NCBI GenBank assembly: GCA_963719935.1
Contig: CAVRDY010000007.1
Span: 93,810-157,809, forward strand
Origin: an uncultured Actinomycetes bacterium
GTDB lineage: Bacteria; Actinomycetota; Acidimicrobiia; Acidimicrobiales; CAVRDY01
Direction of reading: 5' to 3'
Length of the DNA: 64,000 bases
In this document: piece by piece, positions 29,768-41,501 of the stretch
How the letters are laid out: each line of letters begins with the position of its first letter
Numbering within the stretch: position 1 is the first letter of the stretch
Program-made: the position numbers and the translations under genes
The notes under the pieces: model-generated
The model's input: the letters and a program-made list of their open reading frames with translations, nothing else
Told to the model about the DNA's origin: nothing
Database searches by the model: none

Positions 29768-30676
29768 GTGAGCCTCCCCCTCCGGCCCACCGCCACCCTG
29801 GGCCGCCTGGTCCCCTGGGTGAGCGAGCTGGCCCGCACCGCGCCCGGGCTGGTACGCGCCTTCGGACCGGTGCGCAACGAGCTGGATCCCCGTACCCACG
29901 AGCAGTTGGCGGTGGTGGTGGCGGCGGCCAGCGACTCCACCCTGACGGTCTGGATCCACGAGTCCTGGCGCGACTTCCTGGGCGGCGAGCCCGAGCATCC
30001 CGAGGCCGCGGTGGTGCTGGCCTGGGCACGGCGCTCGGCTTTGGAGGGCACACCGGGAGACTCCGGCGAGCTGTCCTGGCACCTGGCGCCGGGTGCGGTT
30101 CGGGCGGTGAGGGCGGTGGTGGCCGCGTCGGCGGTTTCCTCATTGGTCACCAACAGCTCCCAGGACTGGTGGGAGCGCCTGACCAACCCGTCCTGGCCCC
30201 GGCTGGAGGCGCGACTCGACCTTGCCGAGGTGGGAGCAGGAGTGGGCCGCAGCGCCACCGAGGCGGCCCTCGTTCTGGGCGCTCTGCCCGTCCTGGTGCC
30301 CCTCACGGCATCGGCAGGGTTGATGAGGGTGGCCACGCGGCTGGCCCCGGCAATCCCGGCTGTGCGCACACCACCCGAAGGTGATGACAACCTGGCCGTC
30401 CACCTGCTGCGCGAGCTGGTACCCCAGGCTCTGGGCCATGCTCTCGTGCGCACGCTGGTGCTGGCCTGGCCCCGGCCGCTGGTCGTGGGCGTACGGGCAG
30501 GCCTGGCCGAGGCCACCGTGCGGGTGTCGCGCCGGCAGGTGGAGATCGCCGAGGGCATCGGCGACGATGCGGGCGTGGTCCTGGAAGGGCTCGTCGACGT
30601 GCTGAGCGCCATCGGGGCCCGCCGCCTGGGCCGCGACCTCTCCGAGCTGGATCCCGCCGGCCCCGCTGAGACCTGA
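29768..30676 (+). CDS. Hypothetical protein: degenerate AhpD/CMD-like N-terminus plus SCP2-like C-terminus
   Basis: LDPRTHEQLAVVVAAASDSTLTVWIH resembles the AhpD core without CxxC; C-terminal ATVRVSRRQVEIAEG..VVLEG; leaderless start after TAGCTT. Confidence 0.6.
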   Translation: MSLPLRPTATLGRLVPWVSELARTAPGLVRAFGPVRNELDPRTHEQLAVVVAAASDSTLTVWIHESWRDFLGGEPEHPEAAVVLAWARRSALEGTPGDSGELSWHLAPGAVRAVRAVVAASAVSSLVTNSSQDWWERLTNPSWPRLEARLDLAEVGAGVGRSATEAALVLGALPVLVPLTASAGLMRVATRLAPAIPAVRTPPEGDDNLAVHLLRELVPQALGHALVRTLVLAWPRPLVVGVRAGLAEATVRVSRRQVEIAEGIGDDAGVVLEGLVDVLSAIGARRLGRDLSELDPAGPAET

Positions 30677-30686
30677 CCTGGCTGGC

Positions 30687-31809
30687 TCAGGGTGCTGGCA
30701 GAGTGAAGCGCTGGAAGAACTCCCAGCCCAGGGCGCTGGCGTCCAGGTCGAAGGTGGTGTAGCCGACGATGTCGGCGATGCTCTGGCTGAACTCGCTGCC
30801 CGGCCAGGAGTGGCCACCGGCGGGAACCACGTACAGCTCCACGTCGGCTCCGGGCGGGCAGTCCCACACCCGGTGGATCACCTCGTCGGTGGTGCCTTCC
30901 AGTGTCGTGTCGGTGAAGCTGTCGCAGCCGTTGCGCTCGGCCCAGGTCGCTGGCGCGCTGCGGGTAGCCGGGGCCGTCGAGGTCAGGTGCCGGGAGGGTG
31001 GTGGGTGCAGCGTCGGGATCGACGTTGCCCAGCAGGCCCGGGACGACCCCGACGCCACCGTTGAACACCAGGATGGGGTCGGCACCGCCGTGCTCGGTGA
31101 GCATCGGCACCGGTCGGCCCGGCGTGCAGGGCTGGGGGTCCTCCAACCCGGCGATGGGGGCGACGGCGGCGAAGCGGTCGGCCATAGTGCAGCCCACGAG
31201 GCTGCTCATCATGGCGCCATTGGACAGCCCGGTTGCGTACACGCGGGATGTGTCCAGGCAGAGGTCGGCCTCGAGGGTGTCGAGCAGGGCGGTGACGAAG
31301 GCCAGGTCGCCGTTGGGCTGGTCTCCTTCCTGGCTGATGTTCCAGCGCACCGGTTCGCCGGTGCCGTGGGGGAAGGCGGCCACGAAGCCCTCGGCTTCGG
31401 CCAGTTCGGCGTAGCCGGTCATCCCGGCGTGGATCTCGGCTCCTTCGGCCAGCCCGTGGAAGTCGACCACGAGAGGCAGGGGCGCGGTGCCGTCATGTGC
31501 CTCCGGGGTGGTGAGCAGGAACCACCGTTCGGTACCGGCCACGTCCAGGGTGCGGCGTTCCTCGTGCAACGCGCCCGTGGTGGTGGTGCCGCAACCGGCG
31601 GAAGGCACCGGACCTGCGGCGACAGCCACCGGGTCACCGGCCGTCGTCGCGGTCGTGCCTTCAGAGGTGGCGGTGTCGGCGGCGGTGTCGTCGGTGGCGA
31701 CTTCGCCCTCGCCGGTGGTCGACTCCTCGCTGCTGTCGCTGCACGCGGCGAGGCCGAGCGCTGCGATCAGCACCAGCGCGAGCATGCGACGGTGGTTGGC
31801 GGTGGTCAT
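30687..31809 (-). CDS. Lipoprotein esterase, PHB depolymerase/LpqC-LpqP family; frameshift near 30950
   Basis: Lipobox LAAC; PLVVDFHG; RVYATGLSNGAMM; HGGADP; GGHSWPG in ORF 30687..31085. Confidence 0.88.
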
Positions 31810-31831
31810 CGTTCCCCTCCAGGTATTGCGA

Positions 31832-33060
31832 TCACGCGAAGGCGTTGAGGCCGGTGATGGCCTGGCCGAGCACGAGCTGGTGGATCTCGTTGGTGCCCTC
31901 GTAGGTGTAGACGGATTCGAGGTTGTTCATGTGGCGGATGACGGGGTACTCGAGGGTGATCCCGTTGGCGCCGAGCACCGAGCGGGCCTCGCGGGCCACC
32001 CACAGCGCCTCGCGGACGTTGTCCATCTTGCCGAAGCTGACCTGGGCCGAGGACAGCCGTCCCTGGTCCTTCAGCCGGCCCAGGTGCAGGGCCACGCAGC
32101 GTGCCCTTCTGCACCCGCACCATCATCTCGACGAGCTTGCGCTGCGTGAGCTGGAACCGGACGATGGGCTTGCCGAACTGCTGGCGTGTCTCCGGCGTAG
32201 TCGAGTGCGGTCTCATAGCAGGCCCGTGCCGGCGCCGACGGCCCCCCACAGGATCCCGTAGCGGGCTTCGTTGAGGCACGACAGCGGTCCCGCGCATCGA
32301 GCGACACCTCGGGGAGCCGGAGCCGAGTCGGGCAGGCGGACGTCGTCGAGGATCAGCTCGCGAGGTGACCGAGGCTCGCAGCGAGAGCTTGCGCGTGGAT
32401 GTCTGGGTGCGATGAAGCCGGGCGTGTCGGTGGGGACGATGAAGCCCGCGTATGCCGACGTCCGCTCCGTCCTCGATGCCACGGGCCCACACGACGGCCA
32501 CGTCGGCGATGCCGCCGTTGGTGATCCACATCTTGGTGCCGTTGAGCACCCAGTCGTCGCCGTCGCGCTCGGCGGGCGGTGGTGCGCATCGAGGACGGGT
32601 CGCTGCCCGAGTCGGGTTCGGTGAGGCCGAAGCAGCCGATGGCCTCGCCCGCCGCCATGCGGGGAAGCCACTCCTGCTTCTGGTCCTCGGAGCCGAACCT
32701 CCAGATGGGGAACATGGCCAGCGATCCCTGGACCGACACGAACGACCGGGCCCCGCTGTCGCCCGCTTCGAGTTCGAGGCAGGCCAGGCCGTACTGGGTG
32801 GCGCTGGTGCCCGGCGCAGCCGTAGCCCTCGAGGTGCATGCCCGAGCAGCCCGAGGGCCCCCATCTCTTTGGCCAGCTCCTTGGGGAAGGTGCCCGTTTC
32901 GAACCAGTCGGCCACGTTCGGGGACGATCCGGTCGTTGACGAAGCTGGCGGACCGTGTCGCGCAGCATCCGCTCCTCGTCGGACGAGCAGGGTGTCAGGT
33001 CTGCAGGAAGTCGTGGGGATCGCCGGTGCCGAAGGTGGACGCTGGTCGGGTACCGCTCAT
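31832..33060 (-). CDS. Acyl-CoA dehydrogenase (glutaryl-CoA dehydrogenase-like); multiple frameshifts
   Basis: Fragments [68 protein letters not shown]. Confidence 0.88.
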
Positions 33061-33159
33061 GTTCGCCAGTGTGGTCGGTGTCCGGCGCCGTGATGCCACC
33101 GGAGCCCCGAACGCCCACTCGCTGGGCACGGGCGGTCACGTTGCTCCTATCCTCGGGGC

Positions 33160-34708
33160 ATGGCGATCACCGAGCCGTCCCCCGTCGGGTCCGACGAGCA
33201 CCGAGCCCAGGTGCGCCGGCGGAGGCGGCGCTGCTCGATCCGGCGTGGGCGCACATCGTCGAGATGGTCCTGTCGCCGGGACGGCGACACCTACGAGGCG
33301 GCCGCGGTCGACGGGCGGGTGCGGTTCCGGTCGATCGCCCGAGGATTCGGGTGGGCGTTTCGAGGTGGTGTCGGTGCGAGGGGCGCGACCCGCTCGCCGA
33401 ACAGGCCACCGACCGCTTCGCTCCGCTGGCCGACGAGACGGCCAACCGCTCCCCGACCGCACCGTCAACTCCTACCCGTACGCGTACCTCCAGTTGTCGC
33501 AGCTCTTCGACGCGTCCGGCGGCGCCCTGACCTGTGCGCCATCCACACCGCGGGTCACAACTGGGCCGACCAGGGCGGCCACCTCGGCGAGCATGGCTCG
33601 ATCGACGTGGTGCAGGCCCAGGGCCCCGTTCATCATGGCCGGAGCGGGCGTGCGCGACGACGGACTTGGTCGCCCGGTCGTGTCGGCTGGTCGACGTGGC
33701 ACCCACCGTCGCTGCGCTGATGGGCGTTGCGCCTGACCGCGGGGGTCGGGGAGAACGGCGCGCGACCCGGGAGGGTCCCTCTCGCTCGCCAGGACGGCGA
33801 GGTCGTCGACGAGGTCATCGATCGCCGCGGCCGACGCCCCGATCACGTGATCGGGTTCCTCTTCGACGGAGCCAACGCCAACGTGCTCTACGACCTGGCG
33901 GCGCGGGGTGAGGCCCCGAACGTGGCACGGCTGATCGAGATGGGTACCGCGTTCGCCTACGGTGCGATGTCGTCACTGCCCGACGGTCACGCTGGCCAAC
34001 CACACGTCGATCCTCACCGGTGTGCTAGCCCGGGCCACCACGGCATCCTGCACAACGCGTGGTGGGATCGGGCGACCCGCAGCAGATCATCACCAACTCG
34101 CCCGGCCACTGGATCACCGCGATGGACGCACGCTGGGCGACGACGTCGAGACCCTCTTCGAGGCGGTGACCCGGACCTGGCCCGAGCGCGGTGACGGCGT
34201 CGCATCAACGAGCCGGCCGACGCGGGGCGCGGCGTACTCGACTTCGACGAGCTGCGGGCCGGGCGTGATCTGGGCCGACCGCCGAGCGAGCTGCCCCACA
34301 CCACCGAACGGTTCGTGCGACCGGTGAAGGAGTACGAGTGGTCGTCCAAGGTCGACCACGCCGGGGTCGAGCAGTTCGTCGGTCTGGGCGGACTACCGAG
34401 GCAGCGAAGGCCGCCGCAGTTCACGTGGTGCAACTTCACCCTCACCGACGCCGCCTTCCACGAGGGTGGCCCGTACTCGGAGATCGCCGCGGCGAGCGTG
34501 CACGACACCGACGCCCGCCTCGGCGACATCCTCGACCGCCGTGGAGCAGTCGGGCGTCTTCGACCGCACGGCCTTCTTCCTCGTCGCCGACCACGGCATG
34601 GAGGAGTCCAACCCCGAGTGCACCGGCAACTGGGCCGATGCTCTCGACTGCCACCGGGCTGCGCCTACCGCGACGAGGGCTACGGCGTTCATCTACGTGA
34701 ACCCTTGA
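33160..34708 (+). CDS. Alkaline phosphatase superfamily (nucleotide pyrophosphatase-like) protein; multiple frameshifts
   Basis: Fragments GHLGEHGSIDVVQA, LVDVAPT, FLFDGAN, PTVTLANHTSILTG, TDAAFHEGGP, VADHGMEE. Confidence 0.8.
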
Positions 34709-34926
34709 GCTGAGGGGAGTCCTGCGCGTTCAGGAGCTGGCGGGCTGCTGCGGGCTGCGGTCGTCGTACCAGGGCCAGCGCTGGGCGCTCGTCACGACCA
34801 GTCCCTGGTGGCGGGGCCGGGGGCGGGGGGGGCGGGATCTGCCGGTGCCGGGGAATCGGCGGCCGGGGCTTCGGGTGCGCTGAGCGGTGGCATCGTTGCC
34901 TCCTGGTATGCAATCGGGACGCCGTT

Positions 34927-34948
34927 GTCACGATTCCGTAACACTATA
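34927..34948 (-). promoter_or_regulatory. TATAGT -10 followed by GTTAC-N6-GTGAC (GlnR/MtrA-type box)
   Basis: Minus strand reads CTATAGTGTTACGGAATCGTGACAAC; downstream AGGAGG-N5-ATG at 34892. Confidence 0.45.
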
Positions 34949-35028
34949 GGGCTGAGCCCGCCGTGCTACACGGCTTTCCACGGACAATCCGCTCAAGAAA
35001 CTGACGAACCGCGAGCGAATCGGTTGTC

Positions 35029-35048
35029 TGTGGACAACCTGTGGACAG
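35029..35048 (-). promoter_or_regulatory. Tandem DnaA boxes (TTGTCCACA and CTGTCCACA)
   Basis: Plus strand TGTGGACAA-CC-TGTGGACAG; the first is an exact actinobacterial DnaA box. Confidence 0.65.
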
Positions 35049-35094
35049 GTTAGCGGGCGGGTTGCCCGGATCGGGTGATCCCGCCAAGTGGCGG

Positions 35095-36005
35095 TCAGGC
35101 CTGGCGTTGGCCGAACACGCCGAGCAGCTTGGTGAGCTCGTCCTGGATGGTGCGGGCACGATGTAGCCGCTCTCGTCGCGGATCGGTGTCCCAGTGGTCG
35201 CGGACGTCCTCGGCGGTGAGGTTCGGCGTTGTCAGTAGCCGGGGGTGAGGCCGACGAAGAAGCGGCTGATGCAGCCACCGGCCGCCGAGTAGATCTCGCC
35301 GGTGACGGGGCAGTCCTCGTGCACCAGCCACGCCACGAGCGGTGATACCAGCGTCGGGTGCGAGGGCTGTCGCCGAGCGGGCCGAGCAGCTCCTCGGTCA
35401 TGCGGGTCTTGGCGACCGGGGCGATGGCGTTGACCTTGATGTTGTTGCGGTCGCCCTCGATGGCGAGCACGTTGGTCAGCCCGACCAGGCCCATCTTCGC
35501 GGCGCCGTAGTTGGCCTGGCCGAAGTTGCCGAGCACGCCGGCGTTGGAGGCCGTGTTGACGACCCGGCCGTAGTTCTTCTCGCGCATGATCTTCCAGGCC
35601 GGGATGGTGACGTAGAAGGCGCCGTTGAGGTGCACGTCGATCACCGGGTCGAGCAGCTCGGGCGTCATGTTGTGGAACGACTTGTCGCGCAGGATGCCGG
35701 CGTTGTTGATGACGATGTCGACGGTGCCGTAGGCGTCGACCGCGGTCTGCACGATCGCCTGGCCGCCCTCGGGGGTGGCGACGCTGTCGGTGTTGGGCAC
35801 GGCCTCGCCGCCGAGATCGCGGATCTCCTTGGCGGTCTTCTCGGCGGGACCTTCGTCGCCGCCCTCGCCCGAGATCGAGCCACCGAGGTCGTTGATCACG
35901 ATGCGCGCACCACGCTGAGGCGAGCAGCAGCGCGTGCTCGCGGCCGAGACCGCCACCAGCGCCGGTGATGATCGCGACCTTGCCGTCGTATCCGAGATCA
36001 GCCAT
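35095..36005 (-). CDS. SDR oxidoreductase (MFE-2/HSD17B4 dehydrogenase-like); frameshifts
   Basis: KVAIITGAGGGLG, VINDLGGS, NNAGILRD, GNFGQANYGAAK. Confidence 0.9.
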
Positions 36006-36131
36006 GTCGTCGTCCCTTCAAGGATCTAGCGCGTGTCCGTTCGTGGTCCGGGCATCGCGCCGGAGCGTGCCGGCAGGTTCAGCGAGGGTCGGAGAGCCGA
36101 CCGAAGCCGCGAAGAGCCATCAGTACAGCCA

Positions 36132-37755
36132 TCAGCTCAACTGCTCGGCGGCGTATGTGGTGAGGCGCTTGTAGTCGACCTTGCCGTTCGGGGCGCGGCC
36201 GATGGTGTCGATGGTGACGACGCGCTTCGGCGCCTTGAAGGCCGCCAGCTTGCCCTTGACGTGGCGCGACGAGCGTCGTCCTCGTCGAGCGTCCGAGTCG
36301 CCGGGCCAGAGCTCGACCACGGCGGTGATCGACTCGCCGAACTTGTCGTCGGGAGAGCCCGACCACGACGGCGTCGTGCACCGTCGCGGTGGCGTTTGAG
36401 CACCTCCTCGACCTCCTCGGGGAACACCTTCTCGCCGCCGGTGTTGATGCACTGCGAGCCGCGTCCGAGCAGCGTGAGGGTGCCGTCGGCCTCGACCATC
36501 GGCGTAGTCACCGGGGATCGAGTAGGTCTCGCCGTCGATGTCGACGAAGGTGGCCGCCGTCTTCTCCTCGTCCTTGTAGTAGCCGATGGGCGTGAAGCCC
36601 CGCACGGCCACCTGGCCGATCTCGCCGGACCCGGGCTCGACGTCGCGACCGTCGTCGGTGATCACCCTGGCGTTCTCGCCGAGCGAGAACTTGGCCGTGC
36701 TCGAGGTGCCGCCGGCCGTCGACACCGACTGGCCGAGGCCGACCGCCTCCGAGGACGAGAAGGCGTCGATCAGCATCATGCCGGGGTGGTGGCGCAGGAG
36801 GCCCTGCTTCACCTCCTCGCTCCACATCACGCCCGAGCGAAGTGACCGCGAACAGGCTCGAGATGTCCCAGCGGTCGGGTTCGGCGTCGAGGGCGTCGAG
36901 CATGGGCTTGGCGAAGGCGTCGCCGACGATGGCGATGCTGTTCACCTTCTCGCGCTCGATGGTGTCGAGCAGCTCGTCGACGTCGAACGTGCGGCCCTCC
37001 AGCGGTGACCACCGACCCGCCGCCGGACAGGACGATGAGCGAGGTGAACTGGCCGGTGCCGTGCATCAGCGGGCAGGCCGGGGTCTGCGACATGCCCGGG
37101 CCCGTTGACCGCACGGTCGACGATGGCGAGGTCGGCCTCGTCGTCGCGGATGCTCGGGTTGGTGGCTCCGACGGTGGCCCGGATCAGGTCGTCCTGGCGC
37201 CACATCACGCCCTTGGGCATGCCGGTGGTGCCGCCTGTGTAGAGGAAGTCAGGTCGTCGCCGTCGCGGCCCCAGGGCGGCGACGACCCGCTCGGCGGCGG
37301 CCGCGGCCGCCGTCCTCGAACGGCGTGGCCCACGTCGGGGCACGGGCCCGCTGCCGTCGTCGACCCAGAGCCACGTGCTGCACCCCGACACTCGTCGCGG
37401 ATCGTCGTCGATCCTGTCGGCGAAGGTGCCGTGGAACACGACGGCGACCGCGTCGGCGTTGTCCCAGAGGTAGATGAGCTCGTCGTCGACGTAGCGGTAG
37501 TTGGTGTTGACGGGCACCAGGCCGGCCTTGAAGGCCGCGAACATCGACTCGAGGTACTCGGGGCAGTTGTAGAGGTACTGCGCGACCTTGTCCTGGTGGT
37601 CCACCCCGGCGTCGAGGAGGGTACGGGCGATGCCGTCGGCCCGCCGGTCGAACTCGGCCCAGCTGCGGCGCACGGTCGCCCTGCACCAGCGCCGGCGCGT
37701 CGGGGATCCGTTCGGCGACCCGCTCCCAGATGTCGGCGTAGTTCCATCCCGGCAT
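36132..37755 (-). CDS. Acyl-CoA synthetase (FadD19-like); multiple frameshifts
   Basis: VPVNTNYRY, YTGGTTGMPKGVMWRQDD, CPLMHG, GYYKDEEKTA, GRGSQCINTGGEKVFPEEVEE. Confidence 0.9.
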
Positions 37756-37918
37756 TGGTGCTCCCCTCGTGCGGTGCGTGCTACGTCGGTGCGGCGCCGA
37801 TCAAGCACCACCGTTGGCCGGGCGCCACTCGCGGTGGTACTGCCGGCCAGGGACGGCGCTTCGGATGCGGGACCACGACAGGGATCTCGACAGGGATTTC
37901 GACAGAGGGTAGACCACG

Positions 37919-39179
37919 ATGGACTTCGAGCTGCCGCCGGACGACGACCCCGACGCCGCCGGCGGTGCGGGCGTGGCTGGCCGCGCACCCCGACGCCCTC
38001 GGGCCGCGAGCTGGCCGAGGCCGGCTACGTGGCGCCGCACTGGCCCCGCCCGTGGGGCCTCGACGCCGACCCGATCCACCAGCTCGTCATCGACGAGGAG
38101 CTGCGCCGGCCAGGTGTCCGGCGGCCCAGCAACATGATCGGCATCGGCTGGGCCGGCCCGACGATCCTGCACGCCGGCACCGAGGCGCAGAAGGAGCGCT
38201 ACCTCTTCCCGCTGCTGGCCGGCGAGGAGATCTGGTGCCAGCTGTTCAGCGAGCCCGAGGCGGGCAGCGACCTGGCGAACCTCGGCACCCGGGCGGTGCG
38301 CGACGGCGACGAGTACGTCGTCAACGGCCAGAAGATCTGGACGTCGCTGGCCCAGTTCTCGCAGTTCGGGATCCTCATCGCCCGCACCGACCCCGACGCC
38401 CCCAAGCACAAGGGCATCTCGTACTTCATCTGCCCGATGGACGCCGCCGGGCATCGAGATCCGCCCCATCATCGAGATGACCGGGGGCCACACCTTCAAC
38501 GAGGTGTTCTTCACCGACGTGCGCCTGCCCGCCGAGAACCTGGTGGGCGAGGAGAACGACGGCTGGCGCCTGGCCAAGGTGACGCTCGGCAACGAGCGGG
38601 TGTCGCTGTCTCGGGCGGCGGTGCGCTGTGGGGCATCGGCCCGACCGCCGATGACCTGCTCGACCTGGTCCGGCCCGGAGGGTGGTGTCAGCGACCCGCA
38701 CCTGCGCCAGCGGCGCGCGTCCGCTCCACATCGAGGCCGAGATCCTGCGCCTCATCCGGCTGCGCACGGTCACCGCCGCCATCCAGGGCGAGCCTCCGGG
38801 CCCGAGGCATCGATCCGCAAGGTCCTCGCCGACGAGCACGGCCAGACGGTCATGGCCCTGGCCAAGGACCTCGAGGGCGCGGCATGCTCGGGGCGCCGAC
38901 GCTCGACGGCCTGAGGGCGTCGGCCGCGGCTGCACGGCCTCGGAGCGACCGGCGAGCGTGGCACTACGGCTACCTGTTCTCGCCCGGCGCTCACCATCGG
39001 CGGCGGCACCGGCGACGTGCAGCGCAACATCGTCGCCGAGCGGGTGCTCGGCCTGCCCCACGACATCGACGTCGAAGCAGGGCCTCACCTGGGCCGAGGC
39101 CCGGCGCCCGGCGACCGGCCACGCGTCGGCATCGACCAGACTCGCCGATCCGCCCGACGCCGCGGAGTGCTGTAGATGA
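37919..39179 (+). CDS. Acyl-CoA dehydrogenase (FadE-like); multiple frameshifts
   Basis: APHWPRPWG, IWCQLFSEPEAGSDLA, NGQKIWTS, FNEVFF, TIGGGTGDVQRNIVAERVLGLP. Confidence 0.9.
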
Positions 39180-39185
39180 TCGGCC

Positions 39186-39412
39186 ATGGCCGACGGACGA
39201 CGACCGACGTCCTCGACCGCCACGACGAAGGTCGTCGCCGCGATCGACCTGCCGGGGGTGCCCGCGGGCACGCCGGGCAAGGTGCATCCTGGCCAACGGG
39301 CGTCACCTGGAACCGCTACCGGGTGCTGTTCGAGAACGGCCGCGACCTGGGCAGCCTCGACCGCTCCGATCTGGCCCGCCGCTCCGAGTGGCCGGAGCCG
39401 GCACCGGCCTGA
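39186..39412 (+). CDS. Small hypothetical protein; frameshifted
   Basis: Reconstructed KVVAAIDLPGVPAGTPGKV..GVTWNRYRVLFENGRDLGSLDR from two frames. Confidence 0.6.
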
Positions 39413-39472
39413 ACCACATCGACCAACCATGACCGCGCCGGTGATGTGCCTGCGTGGCAAGAGGAGGGCACA

Positions 39473-40514
39473 GTGAAGATCAGCATGCAGCTCATCGTAC
39501 GCCGGCGGATACAAGCGACTCGGCGGCGGTGGTGCGCTCAGTACGAGAAGGCCGGCCTCGACATGGTCTGGGTGGCCGAGGCCTACGGCTTCGACGCCGT
39601 CAGCCTCATGGGCTACCTGGCGGCCACCACCTCGACCGATCACCATCGCCTCGGGCATCCTGCCCATCTACACCCGCACACCGACGCTCCTGGCGCCATG
39701 ACCGCGGCGGGCATCGACGCGCTGTCGCGACGGCCGCTGCATCCTGGGTCTCGGGGCCTCGCGGGCCGCAGGTCATCGAGGGCTTGCACGGCGTCCCCTA
39801 CGACACGCCCATCGGACGCACCCGCGAGATCATCGAGATCTGCCGCAAGGTCTGGAAGCGCGAGGACCGGCTGGTCCACGACGGGCCGCTCTACCACCTC
39901 CCGCTCCCCGAGGGGCAGGGCACCGGCCTCGGCAAGCCGCTCAAGATCATCAACCACCCCGTTCGCGGCCGACATCCCGATCTACGTGGCGTCGCTCGGC
40001 CCGAAGAACGTCGCGATGACCGCCGAGGTGGCCGACGGCTGGCTGCCGATCTTCTACATGCCCGAGAAGGCCGAGGACGTGTGGGGCGACGATCTCGCGC
40101 CGGGTCGGCCAAGCGGTCCGCCGATCTCGCCCCGCTCGACGTGGTCGGCCGGCGGCATGGTCGCCATCGGCCGACGACCAAGAAGCATGCTCGACTTCGG
40201 CCGCCCGATGATGGCGCTCTACGTCGGTGGCATGGGCGCCAAGGGCAAGAACTTCTACAACGACCTCGTCTGCCGCTACGGCTACGAGGAGGAGGCCGAA
40301 GAAGATCCAGGACCTCTACCTCGACGGCAAGAAGGACGAGGCGGCCGCGCTCATCCCCGACGAGCTGCTCGACCTCACCAACCTGTGCGGCGACGAGGGC
40401 TGGGTGCAGGAGCGCCTCCAGGCCTACAAGGAGGCCGGTGTCACCAACCTGCTGGTCACCCCCATCGGTGACCCCGCCGAGGTCATCTCCAAGGTGCGGG
40501 AGTGGCTCGCCTGA
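39473..40514 (+). CDS. LLM-class F420-dependent oxidoreductase; multiple frameshifts
   Basis: AGLDMVWVAEAYGFDA, GTGLGKPLK, ASLGPKNVAMTAEVADGW, LYVGGMGAKGKNFYN; RBS GAGGAGG. Confidence 0.9.
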
Positions 40515-40530
40515 GGGCCAGGGGCCTGCG

Positions 40531-41501
40531 TCAGACCAGAGCGGTGCTGCGGTCCAGGACCGCTTCGGCCTCGGCCACGAAGCGGCGTCACCAGTTCGCC
40601 GGCCGGCACCAGCTCGTTCGATGGCACCGACGCCCTGGCCGGCCGGGTAGAACTCGCGCTCGGGGTCGATGTCGGGTGCCTCGGGTGGCGCCCCCAGGTG
40701 GTTGGCACCGTCGTTCATCGACCGCAGGAACTGGACCGGGAAGGGCTGCGAGCTCGTCGGGGTGCTCTTCCCACCACCGGGTGTAGCCGTTGGAGACGAC
40801 CCGGCAGGTCTTGCCGGTGTAGGCGCGGGTGATGACCGTGCCGTCCTCGCCGGTGGCCAGCAGCGTGTCCTTGTAGCCCGCCGACCGTGCGGGCCTCGGG
40901 GGTGGCGATGAAGCGCGTGCCCACCCAGACACCGTCGGCGCCGAGGGTCAGCGCGGCGGCCAGGCCGCGGCCGTCGACGATGCCACCGGCGGCCACGACC
41001 GGTACCCGGTCACCCACGGCGTCGACGACCTGGGGGACCAGGGCCATGGTGGCGACCTGACCGGTGTGGCCCCCGGCCTCGGTGCCCTGGGCCACCACGA
41101 TGTCGCAGCCGGCCTCGACGGCGGACGACGGCGTGGCGGACCTTGCCGCACATGTTGATCACGAGCACGTTGTGGTCGTGGCACAGGTCGATGGCGTCAC
41201 GGGGCACGCCGAGCCCGGCCACGAACACGGTGGCACCGTCGTCGATGATGGTGCGCACCTGGGCCACCATGTCGCCGGGCGCGGCGGTGAGCAGGTCGAC
41301 CCCGAAGGGCTTGGCGGTGCGGGCCCTCACGCCGCGCATCTCCTCGACCAGCGCATCGGGTCCCATGGTCGAAGCTCCCAGGCAGCCGAAACCGCCCGCT
41401 TCGGACACGGCCGCGGTCAGCTCGTGGTAGGACACCCCACCCATGCCGGCGAGCATGACGGGGTGCTCGATCTCGAGGATGTCGGTCAGTCGGGTACGCA
41501 T
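40531..41501 (-). CDS. Nitronate monooxygenase / FabK-like flavoprotein; frameshifts in the 3' half
   Basis: IEHPVMLAGMGGVS, VAQGTEAGGHTG, PVVAAGGIVDGRGLAAAL.LGADGVWVGTRF, YPAGQGVG. Confidence 0.9.

Noticed and set aside
28876-31809. 977-aa esterase-hydrolase fusion ORF
   Set aside because: Artefact of a frameshift near 30950 reading through the antisense of 29768-30676; it comprises two separate genes.
35029-35048. oriC
   Set aside because: Only two DnaA boxes, no dnaA/dnaN nearby and no AT-rich unwinding element.
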